A DNA stretch of 64,000 bases from Octopus sinensis (GCF_006345805.1 NC_043026.1:8556001-8620000); one strand, 5' to 3'. Counted from the stretch's first letter, positions 25,602 through 40,060 are shown. Numbers and translations: made by a program. Notes: a model not told the origin generated them from the letters alone.

Positions 25602-25940
25602 AGTTACAAATACTTTTGTCTGTGGAGACATATTTTTGTAGTAAAAGAAATAACAGTCTTCTGGCTGCTATTTCTAATACTTTGGGTATGTGGTCTCGCA
25701 ACCTGTTGCAAAGACCCTCTTTGTTATAATTATATAAACTTTTACCGAATATGGTCCTTTTAGTCCCCCACCGAAAAATAGTTTACAAATACTTTTGTCT
25801 GTGGAGACATATTTTTGTAGTAAAAGAAATAACAGTCTTCTGGCTGCTATTTCTAATACTTTGGGTATGTGGTCTCGCAACCTGTTGCAAAGACCCTCTT
25901 TGTTATAATTATATAAACTTTTACCGAATATGGTCCTTTT
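25602..25940. repeat. ~179 bp tandem duplication at an arm breakpoint
   Basis: TTACAAATACTTTTGTCTGTGGAGAC...GGTCCTTTT occurs twice. Confidence 0.9.
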
Positions 25941-26320
25941 CCACCGAAAAACTACTTGGTGAAATTTGTTGATTTTATTAAATTAAGTATATTTCACCCT
26001 ATATCTGTGATATATATATGGCCCAGTGGTTAGGGCAGCGGACTCGCGGTCGTAGGATCGCGGTTTCAATTCCCAGACCGGGCGTTGTGAGTGTTTATTG
26101 AGCGAAAACACCTAAAAGATCCACGAAGCTCCGGCAGGGGCTGGTGATCCCTGCTGTACTCTTTCGCTGCAACTTTCTTTCTTCTGTTGGCCTGCTTGCT
26201 TAGCCAGCGGGGTGGCGTCGGTTGAAGGCTAAGACAATGCAAATGCATTGTGACCAGCGATGTGTAACTACATCTGATGGACTGGTCGAAAAAAGAAGAT
26301 AAAAACAAGAAATATATATA

Positions 26321-26708
26321 TCTCTCCTATATAAACGGCAGTTTTGTCTGTGTGCGTGTCTTGTGTGTCTGTTAGGTCTTGTACCCTCACCCTGACCACG
26401 GCTTTTCAACCGATTCTGATGAAACTGACACACACATAGCCCAATGTCATAAATCGCCTCAAAACTAACGCAGGCGAAAATTTTGAAAAGTTCCCCCAGT
26501 TCTGAAAAAAATCGATAATTCGACATGGGGTCGAGAATCAAAACACAAACCGCAAACTGTCTAGGGACGCAACTCCACCTTTTTTCACTCTAAAAAAATT
26601 TACCATCATTTTTTTCCATTTTTTTGCTATTTTTTGGCTATAACTCTCTAAAAATGCTTTATGGTTATTTCCCTTACAAACCTGAGCAACGCCGGGCGAT
26701 ACTGCTAG
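26321..26708 (+). mobile_element. Non-autonomous Helitron
   Basis: 5' TCTCTCCTATATAAA, 3' CCTGAGCAACGCCGGG...CTAG. Confidence 0.8.
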
Positions 26709-27227
26709 TATACATATAATTGCTGTGTATAGTGTACTTTAAAATCACTCCTTCAAAAACATCTAGAATTTCAATCAAAGAAAGTCGACCACGTCCATAC
26801 AACCATTCTTTAATGAATACAAAATGAAAAGCAAAACATGGAAATAGAGTTATAATTTTTACAGATGAAAGTTAAAAACAACATCTGGTTTTTCAAGTAA
26901 AAACAGGGACTACTTCAGTTACGAAAATTCCTTTTCTTCCCCACCCAGAAAACCACTAAATATTGAATCCTAATTAATTAATACAAAAGAATAATGAAAG
27001 AAGACGTGGAACTGCAATTATATTTTTTACTGAAGAAAGTCAAAAAACAATATCTGGTTTTTCAATTAAAAAGCTTCACCGATTCCAATACAAAAATTCT
27101 TTTTCTTCCCCACCCCAAAAGATCAATAAGTATTAAATCCTAAACAAACAAGTCTGACCATTCCAATGGGAAAGCTGTACCCCTTTACCCCCCCCTCCTT
27201 CTCAAACTTTTTTCTTTCTTTTCCCCT

Positions 27228-27488
27228 CATCACCATCATTGTTCGACCGTGGTCGAGACAATGGAATTTATTATGCTACGCCAGACTTCACGGTCCATCA
27301 TAGCATTACGGAGGTCCTGTTGCTGGATGCCTGTATCCCTGGAGATACAGGGTAGGAGAGTGTGCACCCCCTGGTATCGCGAGCAGATGGCTTCCAGAGG
27401 AGAAGAGTAGAAATTGCCTCGTTTTCAGCTCAACAACAATGTCCAGCAAACTGGACTCTTCTACCTTTCACAAGAGATGATATGTATG

Positions 27489-27523
<35 letters not shown>

Positions 27524-27975
27524 TCATCATTGTTCGACCGTGGTCGAGACAATGGAATTTACCATACTACGCCAGACTTCACGGTTCATCATAGCATTAC
27601 GGAGGTCCTGTTGCTGGATGCCTGTATCCCTGGAGATTACATCAGGGTAGGAGAGTGTGCGCCCTCTGGTATTGCGAGTACATGGCTTCCAGAGGAGAAG
27701 AGGAGAAATTACTTCTTTTTCAGCTCTACAACAATGTCCAGCAAACTGGACTCTTCTACCTTTCACAAGAGATGACACAGGTGGTAGTTTCCCATATATT
27801 TGCATTTTGGTTGGATGGCGCTTCCACGAGAGATTTTGAGCTCTCATAAGGAGGCGAGTGTAGGTTCCATCCAACCGCCTCTCAAGCTTCTTCGATAACA
27901 TCCAGGTTTCTGAGCCATATAGTAGAATTGGTTCGACTGTGGCTTTGAATATTTCTTTTCCCTTGCTTGACAAAC
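27228..27975 (-). mobile_element. RTE-like LINE RT C-terminus with partial tandem duplication (27228-27480)
   Basis: IFKATVEPILLYGSETW...RRVQFAGHCCR; (CAT)n at 27521. Confidence 0.85.
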
Positions 27976-28750
27976 CCCACAGTTATATATGTAAAAGACA
28001 AATCTAACTTTAAACCACTTTTTAATAAATCTGACAATGGAAGAAAGCGCTAAAAATATGAATAAAATATATATAGGTTGTTGCCAGCGCAGGAGTGGCT
28101 GTGTGGTAAGTAGCGTGCTAACCAACCACATGGTTCAGTCCCACTGCGTGGCATCTTTGGCAAGTGTCTTCTGCTATAGCTCCGGGCCGACCAATGCCTT
28201 GGGAGTGGATTTGGTAGACGGAAACTGAAAGAAGCCCGTCGTATATATATGTATGTGTGTGTGTCTGTGTTTGTTCCCCTAGCATTGCTTGACAATCGAT
28301 GCTGGTGTGTTTACGTCCCCGTCACTTAGCGGTTCGGCAAAAAGAGACCGATAGAATAAGTACTGGGCTTACAAAAAGAATAAGTCCCAGGGTCGAGTTG
28401 CTCGACTAAAAGGTGGTGCTCCAGCATGGCCGCAGTCAAATGACTGAAACAAGTAAAGGAGTGCTGCGTGACTGACTCCAGTGCTGGTGGCACGTAAAAG
28501 GCACCATTCAAGCGTGATCAGTGCCAGTACTGCCTGACTGGCCCTCATGCTGGTGGTATGTAAAAAGCACCCACTACACTCTTGGAGTGGTTGGCGTTAG
28601 GAAGGGCATCCAACTGTAGAAACTTTGCCAAATCAGATTGGAGCCTGATGCAGCCTTTTGGTTTGCCAGTCTTCAGTCAGACCGTCCAACCCATGCCAGC
28701 ATGGAAAACAGACGTTTCGGGACGATGATGATGATAATCCATTATTCTGA

Positions 28751-29248
28751 CTAGCAGTATCGCCCGGCGTTGCTCGGGTTTCTAAGGGAAATAACTATAT
28801 AAGCATTTTTAGAGAGTTACTTCCCTTATAGATGCCAATTCGGGCTTTCTTAGCCATTTCTGTTTTGGTGTCTTCAAGCCATGAAGAACGCTGGTCTCCT
28901 TGACAACGCTTTACGACGTTGATTTCCTTACACTCCCTTCCCCACAGCTTCACGAGGGAGGGAAGAAGGGGGAGAAGCAAACAGGTGCAGGTGTGACCAT
29001 GGACGCCAACTCCGCCGCCATCGACACACGAAAAATTATGCATTAAAATGGAATAAAAAATGATGTTAAATTATTTTTAAAATCGTAGACTCATCGTAGA
29101 CGCGCGCTAATACTCAGACGGGCTCGATATGAATCACGACTATAAGATACCCGAATTTGGTTAAACTGCACCGCAAAATGTGGGAGTAGTTAGGAATCTA
29201 AATCGAAGGGGACAGACACTCACATAACTACAGTTTTATATATATAGA
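28751..29248 (-). mobile_element. Non-autonomous Helitron
   Basis: CTAGCAGTATCGCCCGGCGTTGCTCGGG at the left end and TATATATAGA at the right end. Confidence 0.78.
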
Positions 29249-32200
29249 TATATATCACTTCAAAAACTTTCTCTTTCTCTCTCTCTTTACTAGCAGAGGC
29301 GCCTGGGAATGAAGTTGTGCCACATCTATTGGAAGAAAAAAGCAAAATATATTGTATAGAAATTTGTTATTCTAAATTCAAGTCTTTAATTGAGAAACTA
29401 ATTCTGACAAAAATGAAAATATAAAATTTACCTCGTTTATGAAGGGAGATAACTCCTATCACATGAAGGAAATTACGTGAAAGCTCCTGGGTGAAACCTC
29501 TTCCCCAGAAGTACATCCAGTGATGATGATAGCTCCCATCACATTAGGTTATAATGTCTTCACAATCAACCTTGTCCCATTGCGTAATTTAGGAGGATCT
29601 CAATTTCTTAGAAGTATTATTGGGAAACGTTACCACGCCGGGTGAAATGCGTAGCCGTATTTCGTCTGCCGCTACGTTCTGAGTTCAAATTCCGCCGAAG
29701 TCGACTTTGCCTTTCATCCTTTCATGGTCGATAAATTAAGTACCAGTTACGCACTGGGGGTCGATATAATCGACTTAATCCGTTTGTCTGTCCTTGTTTG
29801 TCCCCTCTGTGTTTAGCCCCTTGTGGGTAGTAAAGAAATAGGTATTTCGTCTGCCATTACGTTCTGAGTTCAAATTCCACCGAGGTCGACTTTGCCTTAC
29901 GTGGTCGATAAATTAAGTACCAGTTACGCACTGGGGATCGATATAATCGACTTAATCCGTTTGTTTGTCCCCTCTGTGTGTAGCCCCTTGTGGCTAGTAA
30001 AGAAATAGGTATTTATATTTTTTCAGATTTTTATTATTTTCGGTGGGAGGTTTTGGAACGTAACACCCACGTTAGTCGAGGGAATGCTGTATAATACCTA
30101 TTTCTTTACTACCCACAAGGGGCTAAACACAGAGGGGACAAACAAGGACAGACACAGGTATTAAGTCGATTACATCGATCCCCAGTGCGTAACTGGTACT
30201 TAATTTATCGACCCCGAAAGGATGAAAGGTAACGTCGACCTCGGCGGAATTTGAACTCAGAACATGTTTCTTTATTACCCACAAGGGGCTAAACATAGAG
30301 GGGACAAACAAGGACAGACAAACGGATTAAGACGATTACATCGACTCCAGTACTTAACTGGTACTTAATTTATCGACCCCGAAAGGATGAAAGGTAACGT
30401 CGACCTCGGCGGAATTTGAACTCAGAACATAAAGACAGATGAAATACCTATTTCATTACTACCCACAAGGGGCTAAACACACAAGGGACAAACAAGGACA
30501 GACAAACGGATTAAGTCGATTACATCGGTCCCCAGAGCGTAACTGGTACTTAATTTATCGACCCCGAAAGGATGAAAGGTAACGTCGACCTCGGCGGAAT
30601 TTGAACTCAGAACATGTTTCTTTATTACCCACAAGGGGCTAAACATAGAGGGGACAAACAAGGACAGACAAACGGATTAAGACGATTACATCGACTCCAG
30701 TACTTAACTGGTACTTAATTTATCGACCCCGAAAAGATGAAAGGTAACGTCGACCTCGGCGGAATTTGAACTCAGAACATAAAGACAGATGAAATACCTG
30801 TTTCTTTACTACCCACAAGGGGCTAAACACAGAGGAGACAAACGGATTAAGTCGATTACATCGACCCCAGTGCGTAACTGGTACTTAATTTCTCGACCCC
30901 GAAAGGATGAAAGGCAAAGTCGACCTCGGCGGAATTTGAACTCAGAACATAAAGACAGACGAAACACCGCTAAGCATTTCTCCCGGCGTGCTAACGTTTC
31001 TGCCAGCACGCCGCCTTCCCAGCTCAAGCAGAAGGCCTCAAATTTGGGGGAAGGGCCGTATAATACTAAACGACATTAAAAATACAAATGCAAAACCGGG
31101 AGAGAAAAGAGACACAAAGAAAAACCCCAAAAAGGGTAAAAGCGAAAACGAAAGTATCGAAATACTGCAAGAATCAGGGGAAATAACTGAAGGTTTTTTT
31201 CTTGTCCTGTTATGTATGTAGCTCTTGAGCAGAGAAGGTATAAAGAGTAGTGAGAACCGAAGGGGATCCAAGTCGACAAGAAACGAAAGATGGGCCAAGT
31301 CTATGTCATTTGTATTTGATAATTCATTGTAGAATACGGCATTAATCAATGTCGTCCTCTTGGTTATAGAGGCACGAACACCCCTGGCTGCATATGAAAA
31401 CGGTGAGTTGGCAAAGATTCCTTTCTTCTATACACACAAGGCCTGAAACTTTGGTGAAGGGGACTTGTCAATTATATCGACTCCGCTGGGAATTAATTTA
31501 TCGACAGCGAAAGGGTGAATAGGCAAAGTCGACCCTGGCGGAATTTGAACTAAGAACGTAGCGGCAGACGAGTTCAAATTCCGCCGAGGTCGAGTTTGCC
31601 TTTTCACCCTTTCGGGGTCGATAAATTAAGTACCAGTTACGTACTGGGGTTGATGTAATCGACTTAATCCGTGTGTCTGTCCTTGTTTGTCCCCTCTATG
31701 TTTAACCCCTTGTGGGTAGTAAAGAAATAGGTATTTCGTCTGCCGTTACGTTCTGAGTTCAAATTCTGCTGAGATCGACTTTGCCTTTCATCCTTTCAGG
31801 GTCGATTAAATAAGTACTAGTTATGCACTGGGGTCGATATAATCGACATATTCCCTTTGTCCTTGTTGTCCCCTCTGTGTTTAGCCCCTTGTGGGTAGTA
31901 AAGAAATAGGTATTTCGTCTGTCTTTACGTTCTGAGTTCAAATTCCACCGAGGTCGACTTTGTCTTTCGTCCTTTCGGGATCGATAAATTAAGTACCAGT
32001 TTCGCACTGGGGTTGATGTAATCGACTTAATCCGTGTGTCTGTCCTTGTTTGGCCCCTTGTGGGCAATAAATAAATAAGAAATGATGGCATGCCGGGCGA
32101 AATGCTTAGTATTTCACCTCTTTATGTTCTGAGTTCAAATTCCACTGAGGTCGGCTTTGCCTTTCGCCCTTAAGAGGGTCGATAAATTAAGTACCAGTTG

Positions 32201-33958
32201 CGTACTTGGGGTTGGTCTAATCAACTGGCCCCTTCCCACCAAATTTCAGGCGTTGTGCCTAGTGTAGAAAAGAATATTTCTGCTCTTTGATTTTGGTCCT
32301 TTGATGTGACATTGTTTTTGTTATATCCACATAAATACATAAAAACAGAACAAACACACACACACACAAGAACAGACGTACAGAAGGAGGGAAGCACTCC
32401 ATCGGTTACGACAACGAGGGTTCCGGTTGATCCCAATCAACGGAACAGCCTGCTCGTGAAATTAACATGTAAGTGGCTGAGCACTCCACAGACAGGTGTA
32501 CCCTTAACGTAGTTCTCGGGGATATTCAGCGTGACACAGAGAGTGACAAGGCCGGCCCTTTGAAATACAGGTACAACAGAAACAGGAAGTAAGAGTGAGA
32601 GAAAGTTGTGGTGAGAAGAGTACAGCAGGGATCACCACAACGCCCGGTCTGGGAATCAAAACCGTGAGTCCGCTGCCCTAACCACTGGGCCATTGCGCCT
32701 CCACTTACAGACGTACAACCCATTAGCTTGCTCTCTCCACTTCGCCACGTCAAACAGAACAAGCATGCAACTGACAAAGACAACACATGCTCACAGAAAT
32801 TACCGAGAAGTATGTTTACAAAAATCGACTCAAAACGAAATTATGCCCATCATTTAATCATCATCATCATCATCATCGTTTAGCATCCGCTTTCCATGCT
32901 AGCATGGGTTGGATGGTTCAACTGGGGTCTGGGAAGCCAGAAGGCTGCATCAAGCCCAGTCTGATCTGGCAGTGCTTCTACGGCTGGATGCCCTTCCTAA
33001 GACCAACCACTCCATGAGTGTAGTGGGTGCTTTTTATGTGCCACTTGCACAGGTGCCAGACGAGGCTGGCAGACGGCTATGCATATATATTCTTTTTTTT
33101 TTTTTACTTGTTTCTGTCATTTGACTGTGGCCATGCTGGAGCACCGCTTTTAGTCAAGCACATCGACCCCAGTACTTATTCTTGGACTTTCCTCCATCTC
33201 CTCTCCTTTGCTCAAACTACTTATCTTTCCTTCCCTGAGTGCTGCTAATACTTAACATGTACCACGTCCTCACGTTGTAACCAAAGCCTTGTGAGTAGAT
33301 TTGGTATTCAGTATAATGCATGCACATTTGTGTGTGTGTGTATTATGTATCTTCTATATCTTACATTTTTGTTTATTTTTTCAGATTATTTAATGATATT
33401 GGCATCAAAGAATTCTTTACATTGGAAATAATCCTTTTGCTACAAATCTGATACAATCACTATTCTGAACTATTTCTTCTGAACTGAGATATACCGGAAC
33501 ATTCCTGTCAGTCGCTCAAATCAGACAAAATCATTCTACGGTATGATTTTTGCTTGTTAATTCAGTATGGATTACAAATTACTGAAGAATTTCTAGCAGA
33601 TGTACTTACTGACAAAGACCACAGCTGATGGAAATTTAACAGTGAATTAATAAGTATTTTGGAGATGTACTTGCATAGCAAGTGACTTGATCTGAGATCG
33701 TGTGCTGAAACGAAAACAATTGCAGCGTGGAAGGTGTTTGTAAGCCATTTAAGAAACACACAAAAGCCGTTCGATTCACTTCAACATTTAAGTTTTATTT
33801 GTCAAAATATTTCCGTCGCTTTAAGACCGCAACCTGTTTGCTGACAAAAATCCATGCTGCATCCGTGATGCAGGATGGATTTTTGTTAAGTATTTGTTTG
33901 GAACCAACTACAAAAGCAACAATAAATACCTGTATATTTTGGTGAGACCAGAATAATT

Positions 33959-35227
33959 ATGGAAAATGAATTGTGTGAAAACCAGGAGGAATTTGAAACA
34001 GATTTCCAGAAAGTTGATTCTCCTGACGCCATGATGAAAGGAACTGGTGATATCTACCAGTGTGATATCTGTAAGAAGATATTTTCACAAAAATGTAAAC
34101 TCACTGCACACAGCAGCGTTCATGCTGGGAAGAAGCCACACCACTGTAGTATTTGTGGTAACTCATTCTCTCGCAAAGCAAACTTAGCGACTCACCAACG
34201 AATTCACAGTGGAGAGAATCTGTACCACTGCGATATTTGTGATAAGTCGTTCTATCAGAAAGGTCACCTTGTTAACCACCAGCGTATCCACACAGAAGAA
34301 AAGCCATTCCGCTGTGATGTCTGCGGTAAATCCTTCTCTCAAAAGAGCAACCTCACTTCACACAGCCATGTTCATACAGGGGAGAAACCATATCACTGTG
34401 ATATCTGTGGTAAAACGTTCTCTCACAAATGTGACTTAATCAATCACCAACGCATTCATACAGGGGAGAAGCCTTATCACTGTGATATCTGTGGCAAATC
34501 TTTCTCTCAAAGAAGCACTTTGATTGTGCACAAACGCATGCATACAGGGAAGAAGCTGTACCAGTGTTCTGTGTGTGGCAAATCAATATCTGGAACAAGC
34601 AACTTGACTAAACACATTCTCATTCATACAGGTGAGAAACCGTATCACTGTGACATCTGTGGTAAATCATTCTCTTGTGGGAATACTTTAACCAGACACG
34701 AACGTATTCATACAGGAGAGAAACCATATCAGTGCGATGCGTGTGGCAAGCCGTTCTCTGACATTGGCGTCTTAACTATACACAGACGTACTCACACAGG
34801 AGAGAAACCATATGACTGCGACATCTGTGGAAAGTCCTTTTCTCAAATCCATAATTTAACCACTCACAAACGTTCCCATACAGGCGAGAAGCCATATCAC
34901 TGTGATATCTGCGACAAGTCGTTCTCTCGCAAAAATAACTTGATTAGTCACCAACGCATTCATACAGGTGAGAAACCATATTGTTGTGATATCTGTGATA
35001 AGTCCTTCTCGCAAAAAAATAATTTGATTGTCCATAGGCGCCGGCATACGGGCGAAAAGCTGCATTGGTGCTCCGTGTGTGGCAAGTCGTTCTGTCAGAA
35101 GGTTGAATTGACTTCTCACGAACGTATTCATACAGGTGAGAAACCATATCACTGTGACATCTGTGGTAAATCATTCTCTCAAAGACATCACTTAACAACA
35201 CACTCGAGTATTCATTCGGATAAATAA
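33959..35227 (+). CDS. C2H2 zinc-finger protein, 422 aa (acidic leader, 14 fingers)
   Basis: ORF MENELCE... with 14 canonical fingers; splice acceptor at 33383-33384. Confidence 0.94.
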   Translation: MENELCENQEEFETDFQKVDSPDAMMKGTGDIYQCDICKKIFSQKCKLTAHSSVHAGKKPHHCSICGNSFSRKANLATHQRIHSGENLYHCDICDKSFYQKGHLVNHQRIHTEEKPFRCDVCGKSFSQKSNLTSHSHVHTGEKPYHCDICGKTFSHKCDLINHQRIHTGEKPYHCDICGKSFSQRSTLIVHKRMHTGKKLYQCSVCGKSISGTSNLTKHILIHTGEKPYHCDICGKSFSCGNTLTRHERIHTGEKPYQCDACGKPFSDIGVLTIHRRTHTGEKPYDCDICGKSFSQIHNLTTHKRSHTGEKPYHCDICDKSFSRKNNLISHQRIHTGEKPYCCDICDKSFSQKNNLIVHRRRHTGEKLHWCSVCGKSFCQKVELTSHERIHTGEKPYHCDICGKSFSQRHHLTTHSSIHSDK

Positions 35228-35929
35228 CTGTGTCAGTGCCAAAAGTTAGGTTGTGCAAAATAAATTATTCCATATTTCTTAACCAAATGGTCTTTTTTGT
35301 CTTTTTTTTCTTCCCCTCTCCCCCCCCACCTGAAATTGCTGTGCAAATGCTCTCTCTTTTTTCTTGTTTCAGTCATCTGTCTGCGGCCATGCTGGAGCAC
35401 CTCCTTTAGTCGAGCAAATCAGCCCCGGGACTTATTCTTTGTTAGCCCAGTACTTATTCTATCGGTCTCTTTTACTTGTTTCAGTCATTTGACTGCGGCC
35501 ATGCTGGAGCACCTCCTTTAGTCGAGCAAATCGGCCCCAGGACTTATTCTTTGTTAGCCCAGTACTTATTCTATCGGTCTCTTTTACTTGTTTCAGTCAT
35601 TTGACTGCGGCCATGCTGGAGCACCGCCTTTAGTCGAGCAAATCAGCCCCGGGACTTATTCTTTGTTAGCCCAGTACTTATTCTATCGGTCTCTTTTGCC
35701 GAACCGCTAAGTGACGGGGACGTAAACACACCAGCATCGGTTGTCAAGCAATGCTAGGGGGACAAACACACACACGCATATATATCATATATATATATAC
35801 ACACATATATACAACATGGTTCTAGGTTCAGTCCCACTGCGTGGCATCTTGGGCAAGTGTCTTCTGCTATAGCCTTGGGCCGACCAAAGCCTTGTGAGTA
35901 GATTTGGTAGATGGAAACTGAAAGAAGCC

Positions 35930-36265
35930 CACCCATCTAACACCCGTGGACATATTTACAAAGTAAGAAAACAGCACAGCTCCCATGACTTCAGGAAACA
36001 TTTTTTCACGCTGAGAGTTGCTGAAGCGTGGAACAAACTGCCGACATCGGTTGTTAGTTGTCGGAGCACTGCATCCTTCAAAACTTCCATGCTTCCTGAG
36101 ATTCGCCAACACTACACCTGATTTTCTCCCCTCCATACACACACAAGCATGTTCACTTTCCAGACATTTCTACACTACTGCATGTACTTTATATGCACTT
36201 TCTGACAAGTTGTGGTGCACCTGAGCACTGTATACAATAATTTCATTATTATTATTATTATTATT
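35930..36265 (+). mobile_element. Second CR1/L2-like LINE family 3' end with (ATT)n tail; another copy at about 54408-54715
   Basis: NTRGHIYKV...RKHFFTLRVAEAWNKLP motif. Confidence 0.8.
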
Positions 36266-37174
36266 ATATGTATATAAATGTATGTTTGTGTGTCTGTGTT
36301 TGTCCCCCTAGCATTGCTTGACAACCGATGCTGGTGTGTTTATGTCCCCGTAACTTAGCGGTTTGGCAAAAGAGACCGATAGAATAAGTACTGGGCTTAC
36401 AAAGAATAAGTCCTGGGGTCGATTTGCTTGACTAAAAGGTGGTGCTCCAGCATGGCAACAGTCAAATGACTGAAACATGTGAAAGAGAGTATATATACGT
36501 GTGTATGTGTATGAAGGGCTCCTTTTCATTTCTGTCTATCAAATCCACTCCCAAGGCTTTGGTTGATCTGGAGCTATACAAGGGAATACTGGAAAGTCCC
36601 TAGCTTTGGGTAAAAGAAAATACAGAAGGATCAGTTAATTATGATTTTATTCAACATAGGCGCAGGAGTGGCTGTGTGGTAAGTAGCTTGCTTACCAACC
36701 ACATGGTTCCGGGTTCAGTCCCACTGATTTTTTAAAATATATATATCTCTTTACTCTTTTACTTGTTTCAGTCATTTGACTGCGGCCATGCTGGAGCACC
36801 GCCTTTAGTCGAGCAAATCGTAACTGGTACTTAATTCATGCGTAACTGGTACTTAATTTATCGACCAAAGGATGAAAGGCAAATCGACCTCGGCGGAATT
36901 TGAACTCAGAACGTAGCGGCAGACGAAATACGGCTACGCATTTCACCCGGCGTGGTAACGTTTCCCAATAATACTTCTAAGAAATTGAGATCCTCCTAAA
37001 TTACGCAATGGGACAAGGTTGATTGTGAAGACATTATAACCTAATGTGATGGGAGCTATCATCATCACTGGATGTACTTCTGGGGAAGAGGTTTCACCCA
37101 GGAGCTTTCACGTAATTTCCTTCATGTGATAGGAGTTATCTCCCTTCAAAAACGAGGTAAATTTTATATTTTCA

Positions 37175-37510
37175 AACCCACATGTAAACTGCAAAACTAA
37201 GGGCACTGTATACCAAATTGAGTGCCAAGAAAGAGCTTGCACGACTAACCCAGAGTCACACGTAGGTGAGACTTCTAGGAGTATCAATGATAGGTTCAAA
37301 GAACACCTGGACAACTACATTGAAAGGAAGCCAAACTCCATCTTCTACCAACATGCTGTAGACTGCCAAAAGGGATCCTTAGGGAAACTTAAGTTAAACA
37401 TCCTATCAACACATCCCACCGATGCAATGTTGAGACAGGTCACAGAAGCTGTTTGTAGACAAGAATACAAACCTACTCTCAACCGAAAGTCCGGATGGGG
37501 TAACATCCAG
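37175..37510 (+). mobile_element. Penelope-like element GIY-YIG endonuclease fragment
   Basis: Manual translation NCKTKGTVYQIECQERAC...HVGETSRSINDRFKEHL...EAVCRQEYKPTLN; no start codon, so absent from the ORF track. Confidence 0.8.
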
Positions 37511-39514
37511 ACAACATATTTGTAACTCATTATGTGGCAAAAAAAGAAGAAAAATAACAAAATCAAACAGTCCACGGTCAATTATGGACGCATACGTTTC
37601 TGGATTAGAATCAAAGATTCATTTCCTTTATAAACATAATATTCCGATAAATAAATCTAGAAATGCTAGGAAATCTTACCCTCCATATTTCCGATCGGGC
37701 GACATCGGGGCATACAGAAGCTAATTAGCATATCCCCATTTATATAGATGAGTGAATTCGTATTTCCCTCCAGAATGTTTCCCACGTGAAACACACACAC
37801 ACACATCTATATACGTACATTTTCATATTTATAAACACATATTTAAGTACACATGATTTTTTTTTAAATAATATAATTAAAGATTCATATCTGGGAGACA
37901 AACACAGACACATATACATACACACTTATATATATAATGAGTGTTGGTTATGAGTTTTGCTTGCGAGTTAACTGTGGCTGGTTCATCTTGATGTACCTGT
38001 GTGTTGGTTATGCATTCACTGGTCTATTCTGTCTGCCTGGAGTTACCGAATACAAAAGAATGACAAGAAGAACCACGTAAATTCAATGTGATTTATTTAT
38101 TACAACTCTTTATAAAAATACATGGCAAATGTCTTACATATTGTGAAGAAGTTTTAACGAACTCTATCTGGAACAGTGGAAGTTGTATCACAGTTGAAAT
38201 TCTGTAGCATCTTCCTGGTTTTGTTCTGTGTGCTGGGCAGCATCAGTTGTCCTGATCTCATCTCCATCTCTCCTTCCTTCTCTCTGCACAAAAACGGTAA
38301 AGACCATTCCTTATATAATGACTGGTGGTCCAGAAGAGAAACTAGTATTTTCAGTGCTTGCAATTTCACTTGGCTTCATGTATCTTTTCGTTTGTAATAA
38401 TTTAAAGATTAATAGCCAGGAAGACAATATGCTTCCTACAAATATAAATGTTGGGTTTTTTTCAGTTTCATTCTAAAAAACCCACTCACAAGCGGTTTGG
38501 TTCTGTGTTGGGCAGTATCAGTTGTTATAATCTCATCTCTCTCCTTTCTTCTCTCTGCCCAAAACCTTGAGGGATTGTTCTTTATAAAATGACTGGTGCT
38601 CAGAAAGAGAATTTTTCTGCTTGGAATAAAAACAGTTGCTCATACACCAATCGGCTAATTAAGACCATTCGATCTTTGCAACAGATTCAGCCCAACCCTA
38701 ATCACATGACCCATGTTGACTATCTCAAAATACATCATCATCATCACCACCTAATGTTTGCTGTCCATGCTGCTATGGATTGGCAAACTGGAAGGTCTGA
38801 TTTGGCAAGTGTTCTATGGCCAGATGCCCTTCTCCACATGAACCATTCTGAGAGTGTAATGGGTGCCTTCAAGTGCCAGAACCAGGGTTGCCGTAAGCAT
38901 TACACCAGTACCAACTTCCTACATATATAAATAATGGGTTTCTTTCAGTTTCTCTCTAACAAACCCACTTACAAGGGTTTGTTTAGCCTAGGGTTATAGT
39001 AGAAAAGACTTGCCCAAGGTGCCATGCCGAGGGACTGAAACCAAAACCATGTGATTTGGAATTAAGATTCTTACCACACAGTCACACCAATTAATTTTAA
39101 TAAAATTCATGCAAAACATTTAAAATCTGGAAGAAATGGCTTTTATTAAAAAAAAAATATCCCACAGGTAAGTTACCTGAGATGTGGTGAGATAAGCTAT
39201 AGAGTTGGGAGGTTGTTAACACACACTGTTCTATCTCTTTACAATTAGAGAGAGTGTCCCTTATTTGTTTTCTTTTTTTGGCATAGAAGGAACTTTGACA
39301 ATTATAGCAATCCCCTGATGAATAGCTAGGTTACTGCCAAGCAGAATGCCTACAACACTATCACCAATTTAGGAGGAGCTCAAAATGCTTATTTTTCTTA
39401 TGGACTGTCACATTGATAGTCACACATCTATATGAATAGATACACATTTAGTTAACACCAGAAGTACCGAGCGGTCATTTATCACTAATTCTGCTTATTA
39501 CTTTTTAATTAAAC

Positions 39515-40060
39515 GATTCGGATAGTGCTTTTTACATATCTCCAGTCCAGGGGTCCTGGCATCTGCCGGGTGCCAGTCATAGGATTGGTTCAATTTCGAT
39601 TCCGATTTCACTTGCCCCAACAGGTATTCGCAAGCAGAGGGGGGTTGGCATAGGTGCCTGTCGTCGGATGAGGTTCGATATCGACTTCGCTTGCCTCAAC
39701 AGGTCTTTGTGTGTCCAAGGGAGGAAAGGCATGCATAAGTGGGCTGGACTCACTTGTCCTGCCTGGTCTTTTCCCGCACAGCATATTTCCAAAAGTCTCG
39801 GTCGCTGGTCATTTCCTCAGTGAGACCTAAAGTTCGAAGGTCTTGCTTCACCACCTCGTCCCAGGTTTTCCTGGGTCTACCTCTTCCACGGGTTCCCTCC
39901 ACTGCTAGGGATTGGCACTTTTTCACACACCTATCTTCATCCATTCTCGCCACATGACCATACCAGTGCAATCGTCTCTCTTGCACACCACAACTGATGC
40001 TCCTTAGGTCCAACATTTCTCTCAGGGTACTAACGCTCTATCGAGCATGCATACTGACCA
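39515..40060 (-). mobile_element. RTE-clade LINE fragment just downstream of the 577 aa ZNF stop
   Basis: RRLHWYGHVARMDEDR...GTRGRGRPRKTWDEVV. Confidence 0.88.

Noticed and set aside
30096-31016. Regular repeats as a CRISPR-like array
   Set aside because: Units are whole SINE bodies without unique spacers; eukaryotic context with no cas genes
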